A DNA stretch of 64,000 nucleotides from Desulfobacterales bacterium (GTDB lineage Bacteria; Desulfobacterota; Desulfobacteria; Desulfobacterales; UBA5852), in assembly GCA_963674755.2 (NCBI GenBank), contig CAXXVS010000003.1, positions 1 through 64,000 of the forward strand, in the 5' to 3' direction. Every line of letters starts with the position of its first letter. The first letter of the stretch is position 1. A program made the translations under genes and the position numbers. This document shows positions 10,724-22,385 of this stretch, one piece after another. Below the pieces are notes generated by a model that worked only from the letters and a program-made list of their open reading frames with translations, had not been told where the DNA came from and ran no database searches.

Positions 10724-12130
10724 TCAATCCGGTGTCCGGGAAATGAATGCCACGGCCTGTGCCAGACGCTTGAGGGTTTCCTCTCTTCCCAACACCCGGA
10801 TGATTTCAAAGATCCCTGGGCTGACCGTCTTGCCCGTAAGGGCCACACGCACCGGCTGGGCGATCTTGCCCAGCTTGAGTCCGGTTTTTTCCATGGTCTG
10901 GACAAAGGCGGACTCGACGGCAGCCTCGGTAAAGGAATCCTGCCCCTCCAAGTGGGCGATCAAAAACGCAAGCGGTTCCTGAATGGCGGGTTTGAGAAAT
11001 TTCTGTGCGGCCTTTTCTTCGTAGGCGACCTTCTCTTGGAAATAGAAAAGCGCGCCGTCGGCCATTTCCAGCAGTGTTTTGCTGCGGGTCTGGAGGGTTT
11101 CGATCACGGCCTGCAGATTGTCTTCAGGTGGATCCGCAACCCCCCGGGCAGCCAGAAAGGGCCTCAGCCGGGGAGCCAGGGCCGCCGGGGTGGCGGCTTG
11201 GATGTGATCCGCATTGAGGGCCAGCAGTTTCTGCAAGTCGAAAACACCGGCCGACTTGCCGATGTGCGCCAAGCTGAATTTGGCGATGAGTTCTTCCCGG
11301 GTAAAAAACTCCTGGTCGCCGTGGGACCACCCCAGGCGTACGAGATAATTTAACACCGCATCCGGCAGGTAGCCCATATCCCGGTATTCGGTTACCGACA
11401 TGGCCCCATGGCGCTTGCTCAGACGGGTCCGGTCGCTACCCAGCACCATGGGGACGTGGGCAAAAACCGGCAGGGTCGCCTCCAAGGCTTTATACAACAA
11501 GATCTGTTTGGGCGTATTGTTGACGTGATCGTCTCCCCGGATGACCGTGTTGATCCCCATTGTGATATCGTCCACCACAACGGCCAGATTGTACATGGGC
11601 ATCCCGTCACTGCGACAGATGATGAAATCATCCAGTTCGTCGTTCTGGAAAACGATCGGGCCCTTGACGATATCCTCGACTACCGTCGTCCCGGTGCGGG
11701 GCGCTTTGAAACGCACCACCGCATCCGGGGAGGCGGGCCGCCCCTTGTCACGGCAGCGGCCGTCGTAGCGCGGTTTGCCCCCCCGTGCCATGGCGCTCTG
11801 GCGCATGGACTCGATATCTTCCGGGCTACAGGTGCAGTAGTAAGCACGATCCTTGTCGATCAGTTTCTGGATGTGGGCACGATAGATATCCAGCCGCTGG
11901 GTCTGATAAAAGGGGCCTTCATCCCAGTCGATACCCAACCATTCCAAGGCGTCGAAAATCGCCTTGACCGAATCTTGGGTGGACCGCTGCACATCGGTGT
12001 CTTCGATGCGCAGGACGAATCGACCGCCGCAATGGCGCGCATAAAGCCAATTGAAAAGTGCGGTTCGGGCGCCGCCCACATGCAGAAATCCGGTGGGACT
12101 GGGGGGGAACCGCGTAACAATGGGATCCAT
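10724..12130 (-). CDS. gltX: Glutamyl-tRNA synthetase
   Basis: RFPPSPTGFLHVGG, RIEDTD, IRGDDH, LSKRHG. Confidence 0.97.
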   Translation of the reverse strand: MDPIVTRFPPSPTGFLHVGGARTALFNWLYARHCGGRFVLRIEDTDVQRSTQDSVKAIFDALEWLGIDWDEGPFYQTQRLDIYRAHIQKLIDKDRAYYCTCSPEDIESMRQSAMARGGKPRYDGRCRDKGRPASPDAVVRFKAPRTGTTVVEDIVKGPIVFQNDELDDFIICRSDGMPMYNLAVVVDDITMGINTVIRGDDHVNNTPKQILLYKALEATLPVFAHVPMVLGSDRTRLSKRHGAMSVTEYRDMGYLPDAVLNYLVRLGWSHGDQEFFTREELIAKFSLAHIGKSAGVFDLQKLLALNADHIQAATPAALAPRLRPFLAARGVADPPEDNLQAVIETLQTRSKTLLEMADGALFYFQEKVAYEEKAAQKFLKPAIQEPLAFLIAHLEGQDSFTEAAVESAFVQTMEKTGLKLGKIAQPVRVALTGKTVSPGIFEIIRVLGREETLKRLAQAVAFISRTPD

Positions 12131-12340
12131 TCACATCTCTCCTCGTTGAAAAGCGCTCTGTAGCTTATTTAAACTGAACTCCATATCATATCCTTAATAT
12201 GGGTACAATATGACAATCGGGCCATTTGGTGGAAATTTTCTTGACATTTGGCACATGTTAAATTACTTATCACAGTTTATGTCACGGTAAGCTTTTTTGA
12301 AATTTTTACGATATGATACCAGCAGGTTAGGAGATGACTC

Positions 12341-12523
12341 ATGGCGGTACCCAAACGAAGAACATCCAAATCGAAACGCGACATGCGGCGTACCCATAAA
12401 AAGACAGCGGCACCCAGCGTCACCACATGCGCCCAATGCGGCGAGCCTAAATTGCCACATCACCTGTGCATGAGTTGCGGCACTTATAGAGGCCGCACCC
12501 TGATGGAGGTCGACGAAGATTAA
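12341..12523 (+). CDS. rpmF: 50S ribosomal protein L32
   Basis: [21 protein letters not shown]...CMSC; RBS aggag. Confidence 0.96.
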   Translation: MAVPKRRTSKSKRDMRRTHKKTAAPSVTTCAQCGEPKLPHHLCMSCGTYRGRTLMEVDED

Positions 12524-12693
12524 GGCCTCCGCGGGGAACTCGCCGGCCGCTTTGTAGTGGCCCCTGTTCGAGACGACCGCTAGCCGACCACGGCCTTATG
12601 CCCGTCAGTGCGACGCAACACCCGTCACTCGCGGGAAAAGGACCCTTTTCATGCGCAATTTCAATGTGCAGCTGCCGCAAAAAGGAGGAATTC

Positions 12694-12921
12694 ATGTCGA
12701 CTGAAGATAAAGTCAAAAAAATGATCGCCGAGAAACTCAATGTGGACCCTTCCGAAGTCGTACCCGAAGCCAAATTCGTCGATGATTTGGGTGCCGATTC
12801 CTTGGATCTGGTCGAACTCATCATGACCATGGAAGAAGAGTTCGATATCGAAATCCCTGATGAAGATCAGGAAAAAATTCTATCGGTCAAGGATGCCATC
12901 GATTATATCAACGCCCATTAA
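12694..12921 (+). CDS. acpP: Acyl carrier protein
   Basis: [12 protein letters not shown] phosphopantetheine motif; RBS aggagg. Confidence 0.96.
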   Translation: MSTEDKVKKMIAEKLNVDPSEVVPEAKFVDDLGADSLDLVELIMTMEEEFDIEIPDEDQEKILSVKDAIDYINAH

Positions 12922-13256
12922 AGCCAAATGGAACGACCCGATAGCCACATCGGGCGCGTCCATGACCGCATTCACATCCCATCCTTTTATTCTGGCCTGA
13001 AGATTCCTGCGACCAGGGTCGGCGTTATCCCGCGCCGGCCCTGTTTTGTTGGTTTGGATGCCGTTATAGCTATCCCGCCGTCATATCAGCGTGGTTGCGA
13101 ACTCCGGGAAGGTTCGGGAACCTGTCTTTTCCCTTGCGCTGCGGAAACGGGTTGTATTAGAAGCATGGTCCAAGTACCCTGCTGGTTTCTTCGCATACCC
13201 GCCGATCCCGATGCAGCATCGCTCGGCGGATGACCCGCTTGGAACGAGGAGCCGAC

Positions 13257-13715
13257 ATGACCGACACCAAATCCGCTATTGTCATCGGATGCGACCACGC
13301 CGCCTACGAAATGAAGGAAAAACTCAAGGCCTATCTGCTTCGCAACGGTCATACCGTGGAAGATGCAGGGGCTTATAGCACCGAATCGGTCGATTATCCC
13401 GACTACGGCAAGAAGGTGGCCGCCCTGGTATCCGAGGGCCGCTACGCCCGGGGTATTCTTTTGTGCGGCACCGGGCTGGGCATGTCCATGGTGGCCAATC
13501 GTTTCCCGGGTGTCCGGGCGGCCTTGTGCCACGACCTTTTCGGGACCATCATGAGCCGCCGCCACAACGATGCCAACATCCTGGTGCTGGGCGGACGCGT
13601 CACCGGCGAAACCCTGGCGGAAGAAATGATCAAGGTGTGGCTGTCAACCCCTTTTGAGGGCGGGCGGCACCAGAAACGGCTGGATATGTTTGGCCGCATC
13701 GACGAAACCACGTGA
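13257..13715 (+). CDS. rpiB: Ribose-5-phosphate isomerase B
   Basis: GCDHAA, DYPD, CGTGLGM, RRHNDAN, FEGGRH. Confidence 0.95.
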   Translation: MTDTKSAIVIGCDHAAYEMKEKLKAYLLRNGHTVEDAGAYSTESVDYPDYGKKVAALVSEGRYARGILLCGTGLGMSMVANRFPGVRAALCHDLFGTIMSRRHNDANILVLGGRVTGETLAEEMIKVWLSTPFEGGRHQKRLDMFGRIDETT

Positions 13716-13782
13716 TCTTACGGCTTCGGACACCGCACGCTTGGGCGACACACCACACGCCATACGAAAAAGGGACGACAAC

Positions 13783-15039
13783 GTGGAAGACATTCAGCTC
13801 AGAAGAATCGACCCGGAAATCGCGCAGGCCATCGCTCAAGAGCGGCACCGGCAGGAAACCCATCTCGAACTGATTGCCTCGGAGAACACCACCAGCCTGG
13901 CCGTCATGGCGGCCCAGGGCAGCGTTCTGACCAACAAGTACGCGGAAGGCTACCCGGCCAAACGTTATTACGGCGGCTGTGAATTTGTCGACATGGCCGA
14001 AAAGCTTGCTGTCGAGCGGGCCTGCCTGCTGTTCGATGCCGAGTACGCCAATGTCCAGCCACACTCCGGCTCCCAGGCCAACATGGCGGTCTACTTCGCC
14101 CTGCTGCACCCCGGCGACACGGTTCTGGGCATGAACCTCTCCCATGGGGGTCACCTGACCCACGGCAGTCCGGCCAGTTTTTCGGGACGCCTTTTTAATT
14201 TTCACCACTATGGGGTGGATCGCGAAACCGGATGCATCGACTATGACGAAGTGGCGCGCCTGGCCCGCGAGGTCCGGCCGCGGCTGATCGTATGCGGGGC
14301 CAGTGCCTATCCACGCATCATCGATTTCCAAGCCTTTGCCGACATTGCCCGGGAAGTGGATGCCCGGCTCATGGTGGATATGGCCCATATCGCCGGTCTG
14401 GTGGCGGCTGAACAGCACCCCTCGCCCGTCCCCCACGCCGATGTGGTGACATCCACCACCCACAAGACCCTGCGCGGCCCGCGCGGCGGGTTGATCCTCG
14501 GCCGGGCGGAGCTGGCCGAGCGCCTCAACAAACAAATCTTTCCCGGCATCCAGGGCGGCCCGTTGATGCACGTCATCGCCGCTAAAGCGGTCGCTTTCAA
14601 ACAGGCCCTGGGCGATGATTTCAAAGGGTACCAGCAGGCGGTCATCGGCAATGCCCACAAGATGGCCCAAGTGCTGATGGACGCCGGCGTCCATCTGGTG
14701 ACCGGCGGAACCGACAACCATATGCTGCTGGTAGACCTGCGCAACCTCGGCCTGACCGGCAAGGAGGCCGAGGAAGCCTTGGGACGGGCCGGCATCACGG
14801 TCAACAAGAACAGCATCCCCTATGATGAACGCGGGCCATCCATCACCAGCGGCATCCGGCTCGGCACCCCCGTCGTGACCACGCGGGGCATGGGGCTGGC
14901 TGAAATGGAAACGATTGCCCGGTTCATTTGCCAGGTCCTGCAGCAACCAGCCGATGAAACTCTGTTGGAAAACGTCCGTCGGGATGTGGAAACCCTCTGC
15001 CGGCGTTTTCCACTTTACCCTGACGAATCCGCCCTCTGA
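13783..15039 (+). CDS. glyA: Serine hydroxymethyltransferase
   Basis: [29 protein letters not shown] start. Confidence 0.97.
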   Translation: MEDIQLRRIDPEIAQAIAQERHRQETHLELIASENTTSLAVMAAQGSVLTNKYAEGYPAKRYYGGCEFVDMAEKLAVERACLLFDAEYANVQPHSGSQANMAVYFALLHPGDTVLGMNLSHGGHLTHGSPASFSGRLFNFHHYGVDRETGCIDYDEVARLAREVRPRLIVCGASAYPRIIDFQAFADIAREVDARLMVDMAHIAGLVAAEQHPSPVPHADVVTSTTHKTLRGPRGGLILGRAELAERLNKQIFPGIQGGPLMHVIAAKAVAFKQALGDDFKGYQQAVIGNAHKMAQVLMDAGVHLVTGGTDNHMLLVDLRNLGLTGKEAEEALGRAGITVNKNSIPYDERGPSITSGIRLGTPVVTTRGMGLAEMETIARFICQVLQQPADETLLENVRRDVETLCRRFPLYPDESAL

Positions 15040-15062
15040 GCGCCATCGCGAGAAAGGATCTG

Positions 15063-15542
15063 ATGACCGCCCCCAACGACCGACCTTCCTGGAATACCTA
15101 TTTCATGGATATCACCACCCTGGTCGCCAAACGCACGACCTGCCTGCGAAGGGCGGTGGGGGCGATCGTCGTGAAGGATAAACGCATTTTGTCCACGGGT
15201 TACAACGGCGCTCCCAGCCATATCCGCCATTGCCGCGAAGTGGGCTGCCTGCGGGAGCAGCTCAAGGTCCCTTCCGGTCAACGCCATGAACTCTGCCGGG
15301 GCATCCATGCCGAACAGAATGCGATCATTCAAGCGGCCTACTATGGTGTTTCCATCAAAGGGGCCACCCTTTATTGCACGACCCAGCCCTGCTCCATCTG
15401 CGCCAAAATGATCATCAATGCCGGCATTCAAGAAATCTATTATCAATCCGGCTACGCTGATCTCATGGCCACCGAAATGCTGGCCGAAGCCGGCGTAAGC
15501 GTCATTCACCTGGACCCCAGCGATCAGGAGGCCGCTGAATGA
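15063..15542 (+). CDS. Deoxycytidylate deaminase family protein
   Basis: TGYNG, HAEQNA, PCSIC zinc motifs. Confidence 0.9.
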   Translation: MTAPNDRPSWNTYFMDITTLVAKRTTCLRRAVGAIVVKDKRILSTGYNGAPSHIRHCREVGCLREQLKVPSGQRHELCRGIHAEQNAIIQAAYYGVSIKGATLYCTTQPCSICAKMIINAGIQEIYYQSGYADLMATEMLAEAGVSVIHLDPSDQEAAE

Positions 15543-15994
15543 AATGCCCTTTTTGCAAAGAAACGGACAACAAGGTCATTGACTCGAGGCTCAGCAAGGA
15601 CGGCAACGAAATCAGACGCCGGCGGGAATGCCTGGTTTGTGGACGGCGCTTTACCACCTACGAACACATCGAGAAGATCCCCATCATGATCATTAAAAAA
15701 GATGGTCGGCGGGAAATCTTCTCCCGTGAAAAGGTCCGCAACGGTGTTCTGAAGGCCTGTGAGAAACGCGATATCAGTGTCAACCAGATCGAAATCTTCC
15801 TTGATGAACTGGAGCGGGATTTGGGCGAGGTCGGGGAAAAAGAAATCCCGTCCTCCTATCTCGGCGAAAAAATCATGGCCAAGCTGCACGTCCTGGATGA
15901 CGTGGCCTATGTGCGTTTCGCTTCGGTCTACCGTGAATTCAAGGACGTGAATGATTTTTTTGCGGAACTGAAAAGCCTGCTCAGCCACCGCTGA
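15539..15994 (+). CDS. nrdR: Transcriptional repressor NrdR
   Basis: [18 protein letters not shown] cone, [10 protein letters not shown]. Confidence 0.97.
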   Translation: MKCPFCKETDNKVIDSRLSKDGNEIRRRRECLVCGRRFTTYEHIEKIPIMIIKKDGRREIFSREKVRNGVLKACEKRDISVNQIEIFLDELERDLGEVGEKEIPSSYLGEKIMAKLHVLDDVAYVRFASVYREFKDVNDFFAELKSLLSHR

Positions 15995-16004
15995 AGGATG
16001 CTTT

Positions 16005-17132
16005 ATGGACGCTTCGGCGGTGCAAGACCGATTTTATATGCAGATGGCGCTGGACCTGGCGGCACGGGGCAGCGGGTATACCGCGCCCAATCCGCTGGTG
16101 GGCGCGGTGGTGGTCAAAGATCAAAGAGTGGTGGGGCGCGGCTACCACAAGCGTTTCGGCGAGGCCCATGCTGAAGTCAATGCCCTGGAGGAGGCCGGCG
16201 CAAAGGCCCGCGGAGCGACCCTCTATGTCACCTTGGAGCCTTGCAATCATACCGGCAAAACCCCGCCCTGCACCGAAAAAATACTTGCGGCCGGTATCCG
16301 CCGCGTCGTGGTGGCCATGGGTGACCCCAACCCGGGCGTCAAGGGCGGCGGCATCGACTGTTTGCGCGCCGCCGGCCTGGAGGTGGTGGAAGACGTCGCT
16401 CGGCGCGCCGCCCAACGGCAAAACGAATTCTTCCTCAAGCATACCCGGACGGGAACGCCTTTTGTCATTCTCAAATGCGCCGCCACCCTGGACGGCCGCA
16501 TCGCCACACGAACCGGCGACGCCCAATGGGTCAGCGGCCCCCAATCGCGCGGTTTCGTCCATGCCTTGCGCCATGCCGTAGACGGCATCCTGGTAGGCGT
16601 GGGTACCGTTAAAGCCGACGACCCGAGCCTGACCACCCGCCTCCCCGAGGGCGGCGGGCGCGACCCCCAACGGATTATCCTTGACACACACCTCTCGATC
16701 CCGTTAAACGCGCGTGTGCTGACCCAATCATCGGAAGCACCGACCATCCTGGTGACAGGCCCGGATGTGGACGAAGCCGTACGCCAGCGGGTGGTGCAAA
16801 CCGGCGCCCGTGTATTGACCGTATCCTGCCGGGACGGTCGCGTCGATCTGCACGCCCTGATAAAAATCCTGGGAGCCGAAGGCCTGTCCAGCGTCCTGGT
16901 GGAAGGCGGCAGCCGGGTGTGCGGGGCGGCCCTGCGAGCGGGCATCGTCGACAAACTCTACTTTTTTTATGCACCCAAGCTATTGGCCGGTGATGACGGC
17001 ATCCCCATCTCACAGGGGGCAGGTTGCGAGCGCATGCAAGATTGCCTGAACGTCCATCATCTCACCGTACACCGCTTCGGCCCGGATGTGATGATCGAGG
17101 GCTACCCGGACAACGCCCGCCACGCGCGTTGA
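16005..17132 (+). CDS. ribD: Riboflavin biosynthesis deaminase/reductase
   Basis: PNPLVG, HAEV, LEPC...PPC, TLDGRIA, VEGG. Confidence 0.96.
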   Translation: MDASAVQDRFYMQMALDLAARGSGYTAPNPLVGAVVVKDQRVVGRGYHKRFGEAHAEVNALEEAGAKARGATLYVTLEPCNHTGKTPPCTEKILAAGIRRVVVAMGDPNPGVKGGGIDCLRAAGLEVVEDVARRAAQRQNEFFLKHTRTGTPFVILKCAATLDGRIATRTGDAQWVSGPQSRGFVHALRHAVDGILVGVGTVKADDPSLTTRLPEGGGRDPQRIILDTHLSIPLNARVLTQSSEAPTILVTGPDVDEAVRQRVVQTGARVLTVSCRDGRVDLHALIKILGAEGLSSVLVEGGSRVCGAALRAGIVDKLYFFYAPKLLAGDDGIPISQGAGCERMQDCLNVHHLTVHRFGPDVMIEGYPDNARHAR

Positions 17133-17245
17133 CATTTTGTCTATCGAAATTATTTTAATAGTTTACGAATAATCGTCGATCTTATTGGATCTTTTTCAAT
17201 CCGCCGACGGATCGCCTCGATCGTGTGAGGATGCATACGGCCATC

Positions 17246-17899
17246 ATGTTTACGGGAATTATAGAAGGGTTGGGCACCCTCGCAGCCCTACGCTCGTCAG
17301 GCCGGGGCCGCCGTCTGGTGATTGAATCGGATTTCAGCCTGGAAGGATCCCGCATCGGCGACAGCATCGCCGTCAACGGCGCCTGCCTCACGGCGGTCCG
17401 CATCGAACGTCATCGCTTTGAGGTCGATCTCTCCCCCGAGTCCCTGAACACCACTACCTTTAAGGAAGCCCGGACGGGCGACCGCGTGAACCTGGAGCGC
17501 GCCCTGCGCCTTGGAGATCGCCTGGACGGCCATATCGTATCCGGCCATGTAGACGGCATCGGCGCGATCAAAGCCCGCGAACGCCTCGATAATGCGCTTT
17601 TGATTAGGGTGACCGTGCCGCCGTCCCTGGCCCGCTATATGATCCATAAGGGGTCGGTAGCGCTGGACGGGGTCAGCCTCACCATCAACCACTGCGATGA
17701 GACCGGCCTCGACGTCAGCATCATCCCCCACACGGCCGGCCTCACCACCATCGGCTTCAAACCGGTGGGCAGCAAAATCAATATTGAAACCGATCTGATC
17801 GGCAAGTATGTTGAACGTTTCACCACGACCGCCCGTGGAGAGGCGCCGCCGCCATCCGCCGTCGATCGGGAATTTTTGCTCAAAACCGGGTTTCTCTAG
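17246..17899 (+). CDS. ribE: Riboflavin synthase (alpha chain)
   Basis: MFTGIIE, VNGACLT, VNLERAL, GHIVSGHVD. Confidence 0.96.
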   Translation: MFTGIIEGLGTLAALRSSGRGRRLVIESDFSLEGSRIGDSIAVNGACLTAVRIERHRFEVDLSPESLNTTTFKEARTGDRVNLERALRLGDRLDGHIVSGHVDGIGAIKARERLDNALLIRVTVPPSLARYMIHKGSVALDGVSLTINHCDETGLDVSIIPHTAGLTTIGFKPVGSKINIETDLIGKYVERFTTTARGEAPPPSAVDREFLLKTGFL

Positions 17900-17943
17900 A
17901 CCCGGCCGCGATAAATCTCAATCAGGAGGAATTTTCGTCACCC

Positions 17944-19164
17944 ATGCCGCTCTTATCCATCGAACAAGCCATTAAAGACATCCGCCAGGGAAAGATGGTC
18001 ATCCTGGTGGATGACGAGGACCGTGAAAACGAAGGCGATCTTTGCATGGCCGCGGAAAAGGTTACCGCAGAAGCCATCAATTTCATGGCCACTTACGGCC
18101 GGGGACTGATCTGCCTTTCGCTAACCCCGGAGAAAGTCGACGCCCTCGATCTCCCGCTGATGGTGGATCACAACACCTCGCCATTTGAAACCGGGTTTAC
18201 TGTTTCTATCGAAGCGCGCTGCGGGGTTACCACCGGCATTTCCGCTGCCGACCGCGCCACCACAGTTCTGACTGCGGTCCGCGACGACGCCCGATCGAGG
18301 GATCTGGTTCGACCGGGCCATATTTTCCCGTTGCGAGCCCGCAAGGGGGGTGTCATGGTGCGTACGGGCCAGACCGAGGGTTCGGTAGATCTGGCCCGTC
18401 TGGCCGGCCTGCGGCCGTCGGGCGTCATTTGCGAAATCATGAACGACGACGGCACCATGGCCCGCATGCCCTCCCTGGAAAAATTCAGCCAGACCCACGG
18501 CATCGGCATCGTGACCATCGCCGATCTGGTGGAATACCGCATGCGCAAGGAGTCCTTTGTGCGGCGGGCCGCGGAAACCAAGATTCCCACGGCGATAGCC
18601 GGCGAATTTCGCATCGTGGTCTACGAAAACGATGTCGACAACCTGACCCACATCGCCCTGGTCAAAGGCGAAATTGATTCCGAGAAGCCGGTCCTGGTAA
18701 GGGTGCATTCGGAATGCCTGACCGGAGACGTCTTCGGTTCCCTGCGATGCGATTGCGGGGATCAGCTCCACCGGGCCATGGAAATAGTCGATAAGGAAGG
18801 CTCCGGCGTCATCCTCTACCTGCGCCAGGAGGGACGCGGCATCGGGCTGGTCAACAAAATCAAGGCCTACGCCCTTCAACAGGAACAGGGACTTGACACC
18901 GTGGAGGCCAACGAAGAACTGGGATTCAAGTCGGATATGCGCAACTATGGCATCGGGGCCCAGATCCTGGTGGATCTGGGGGTGCGCCGGATGCGGCTCA
19001 TGACCAACAACCCCAAGAAGATGGTCGGCCTGGAGGGCTACGGGCTGAGTATCGTGGAGCAGGTGCCCATTGAAATCGAGCCCAACGAGCACAATCGCTG
19101 CTATCTGAGCTGCAAGAAGCTCAAGATGGGACACCTGCTGAAGACCGTCGATTCCACGCCCTAG
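17944..19164 (+). CDS. ribBA: Bifunctional DHBP synthase / GTP cyclohydrolase II
   Basis: [41 protein letters not shown]. Confidence 0.97.
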   Translation: MPLLSIEQAIKDIRQGKMVILVDDEDRENEGDLCMAAEKVTAEAINFMATYGRGLICLSLTPEKVDALDLPLMVDHNTSPFETGFTVSIEARCGVTTGISAADRATTVLTAVRDDARSRDLVRPGHIFPLRARKGGVMVRTGQTEGSVDLARLAGLRPSGVICEIMNDDGTMARMPSLEKFSQTHGIGIVTIADLVEYRMRKESFVRRAAETKIPTAIAGEFRIVVYENDVDNLTHIALVKGEIDSEKPVLVRVHSECLTGDVFGSLRCDCGDQLHRAMEIVDKEGSGVILYLRQEGRGIGLVNKIKAYALQQEQGLDTVEANEELGFKSDMRNYGIGAQILVDLGVRRMRLMTNNPKKMVGLEGYGLSIVEQVPIEIEPNEHNRCYLSCKKLKMGHLLKTVDSTP

Positions 19165-19237
19165 TCGCGGCAATCCGCCGCGCTAAACCAATGGGAATCG
19201 AATGCCATACCTCCGCGCCTATTGAAAAGGAGAAGTC

Positions 19238-19711
<474 letters not shown>

Positions 19712-19714
19712 GCA

Positions 19715-20227
19715 ATGGGGAAACGCAGACAAGCCCGCGAGCTGGCCTTGCAGGCCCTCTACTTTCTGGAAGAACAGCGCGGCGACCCCGAGCAGGCCCT
19801 GGAGCTTTTTTGCGGGAATTTTATGCCGCCCCGCAAAAGCCGCGCCTTTTTTCTGGAACTCGTCCGGGGGGTGCAGCAAACCCGCGTCGAAATCGACCGC
19901 ATTGTCGAGAGCTACTCGGACCACTGGAAAGTCTTTCGCATGCCCCGGGTGGACCGCAATGTCATACGGGTGGCGGTCTATGAGATGCTCTGGCGGGGAG
20001 ACATCCCGGCCAAGGTTTCCATCAACGAAGCCATCGATATCGGCAAACGCTTCGGCACCGACGACTCCGGGGCCTTCATCAACGGAATCCTGGACCGGAT
20101 ACGGCTGGCGCTCGAAAAGGGTGAAATTGAACTGCCGGCCGGGGCTCACCCGGCGGAGGCTTCTCCGGCGGCCGAAGGGCGCCATTCAACGACGAAAACC
20201 GCTTCAGGAGACAGCCATGATCATTAA
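19715..20227 (+). CDS. nusB: Transcription antitermination factor NusB
   Basis: RRQARELALQALY, VDRNVIR, INEAI, FINGILD. Confidence 0.95.
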   Translation: MGKRRQARELALQALYFLEEQRGDPEQALELFCGNFMPPRKSRAFFLELVRGVQQTRVEIDRIVESYSDHWKVFRMPRVDRNVIRVAVYEMLWRGDIPAKVSINEAIDIGKRFGTDDSGAFINGILDRIRLALEKGEIELPAGAHPAEASPAAEGRHSTTKTASGDSHDH

Positions 20228-20843
20228 ATCCCTGGCCGTCGGGCCGATTCAAGCCAATTGCTTTATCATCGGATGTGAAACAACCCGCGCGGGCGCCGTC
20301 ATCGACCCGGGCGACGAGGCGGAGCGGATTATAGCGGAAGTCGAAAAAGCCAATCTGCATATCGAAACGATCATCAACACCCACGGCCATTTCGATCACG
20401 TCAGCGGCAACCGGCAGCTCAAAGCCGCCACCGGCGCCGAGCTGCTGATCCATGCCCTCGACGCCCCCATGCTCACCCAGCTCGACCGCATGGCCGGCGC
20501 CTTCGGCCTAAGGGCTGATAATTCCCCCCCACCGGATCGAACCATAGAAGACGGCGATACGGTGGATGTCGGCGATTTGCACCTCACGGTGCTGCACACC
20601 CCGGGGCACACCCCGGGCGGCATTTCCTTGCATACCGACAGCTGCGTGTTTGTGGGCGATACGCTTTTCCAGGGCTCTATCGGCCGCACGGATTTTCCAG
20701 GAGGCGACTTCGACACGCTCATCAACAGCATCCACACGAAACTCTTTACCCTGGACGAGCAGACCATCGTCTATACCGGTCATGGTCCTGAAACGGCCAT
20801 CGGTACCGAAAAGCGCTACAACCCGTTTGCCCGCATGGCCTGA
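20217..20843 (+). CDS. MBL-fold metallo-hydrolase (glyoxalase II-like)
   Basis: THGHFDH, TPGHTPG, GDTLF, GRTD; RBS aggag. Confidence 0.9.
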   Translation: MIIKSLAVGPIQANCFIIGCETTRAGAVIDPGDEAERIIAEVEKANLHIETIINTHGHFDHVSGNRQLKAATGAELLIHALDAPMLTQLDRMAGAFGLRADNSPPPDRTIEDGDTVDVGDLHLTVLHTPGHTPGGISLHTDSCVFVGDTLFQGSIGRTDFPGGDFDTLINSIHTKLFTLDEQTIVYTGHGPETAIGTEKRYNPFARMA

Positions 20844-21103
20844 TTGACCCTGCAGATCGGTTGCAAGGCATATTTAACCGTGGGCGCTTTAGCGCCTCGT
20901 CGTACCCATAGAAAACCCCGGCGTGTCGGCCGCGGAGACCAGCGCCGTATATGCAAAGGCCCATTTTGCTTGAACTCCCGTCACCGCTTTGATACCTTTC
21001 AGGCAACGACCTATCGAAAGCCGGCAGCGGGAACATGCGATCTTCGCCATGAAACCGATACAGGCGTCATACCCGTTTTGTAGCAGGCCGGACTCTTCTT
21101 CCC

Positions 21104-22186
21104 ATGGACGCAGCATTCACCATTCATCGCAGGCATTCCCTCCCGATCAAGGTCGGCGCTGTCTCTGTGGGCGGCGACGCGCCGGTGTCCGTGCAGTCCA
21201 TGACCAACACGCCGACCCAGGATGTCGAAGCCACGGTAGCCCAGATCCACAGACTCGAAGAAGCCGGCTGTGAAATCATCCGGGTGGCAGTACCGGATCG
21301 AACCGCCGCCGATGCCATCAGGGCCATCAAAGCCCAGATTGCAATTCCCCTGATTGCCGATATACACTTCGACCACCGTTTGGCCATTCAGGCGGCCCGG
21401 GCCGGCGCCGACGGGCTGCGCCTCAATCCCGGCAATATTGGCGGGCGGGACAAGGTTCGGGCCGTCGTGCACTGCGCCCAGGATCACGGCCTCCCCATCC
21501 GGATCGGCGTCAACGCCGGCTCCCTGGAAAAAGATCTGCTCGAACGCTATGGCGGTGCCACGCCGTCCGCCATGGTGGAAAGCGCCTTGCGCCACATCGC
21601 TTTGCTGGAAGACCTGGACTTCCGCATGATCAAAGTATCCTTGAAGGCCTCTGATGTGGGCCGCACCATGGCCGCTTACCGCCTGCTGGCCGCCCAAACC
21701 GATTGGCCCTTTCATATCGGCGTCACCGAAGCCGGATCGCTCTATTCCGGAATCGTCAAATCAGCCTTGGGTATCGGCATGCTCCTGGCCGAAGGCCTCG
21801 GCGACACCCTGCGGGTCTCGCTCACCCGCGACCCGGTGGAAGAAGTGCGGGTGGGATACGAAATTTTGAAGGCCCTCAACTTGCGCCGCCGGGGCCCTGA
21901 CATTATCGCCTGCCCCACCTGCGGCCGCACCGAAATCGACTTGTTCGATGTTCTGGAGAAAGTCGAAGCCCGCCTGCATCACATCAAAACGCCCCTCAAA
22001 GTCGCCATTATGGGATGTGTTGTCAACGGCCCCGGGGAAGCGCGGGAGGCCGACGTGGGCATTGCCGGGGGACGCGGGGTGGGGATCCTTTTCAAAAAGG
22101 GACATGTGATTCGCAAGGTGCCGGAAAGCGAACTCGTCGATGCCCTCATGCAGGAGATCGACCACTTGGAAAAACAGGGGCCTTGA
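21104..22186 (+). CDS. ispG: HMBPP synthase
   Basis: VQSMTNT, IADIHF, RLNPGN, CPTCGR, MGCVVNGPGE. Confidence 0.96.
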   Translation: MDAAFTIHRRHSLPIKVGAVSVGGDAPVSVQSMTNTPTQDVEATVAQIHRLEEAGCEIIRVAVPDRTAADAIRAIKAQIAIPLIADIHFDHRLAIQAARAGADGLRLNPGNIGGRDKVRAVVHCAQDHGLPIRIGVNAGSLEKDLLERYGGATPSAMVESALRHIALLEDLDFRMIKVSLKASDVGRTMAAYRLLAAQTDWPFHIGVTEAGSLYSGIVKSALGIGMLLAEGLGDTLRVSLTRDPVEEVRVGYEILKALNLRRRGPDIIACPTCGRTEIDLFDVLEKVEARLHHIKTPLKVAIMGCVVNGPGEAREADVGIAGGRGVGILFKKGHVIRKVPESELVDALMQEIDHLEKQGP

Positions 22187-22385
22187 ACATGGATCCCGTT
22201 GCCATGAAACAAGGCCGCTCTTGCCGTTAACCCGGAGGGGGCTCCGTTGCACCAGAAGATGGAAGGCCTTAAATTGCGTTCTTCGGCCAGCGGCAAAATG
22301 GATAACCAAGCGATGAACGGTGCCTAAACGCCATTTTCCCGAACTTCCGCCCGAGCCTGCAACCCATGAATTGGAGACGCACGTT

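Noticed and set aside
15994..17245. FMN riboswitch for the rib genes
   Set aside because: No RFN consensus seen; intergenic gaps are short
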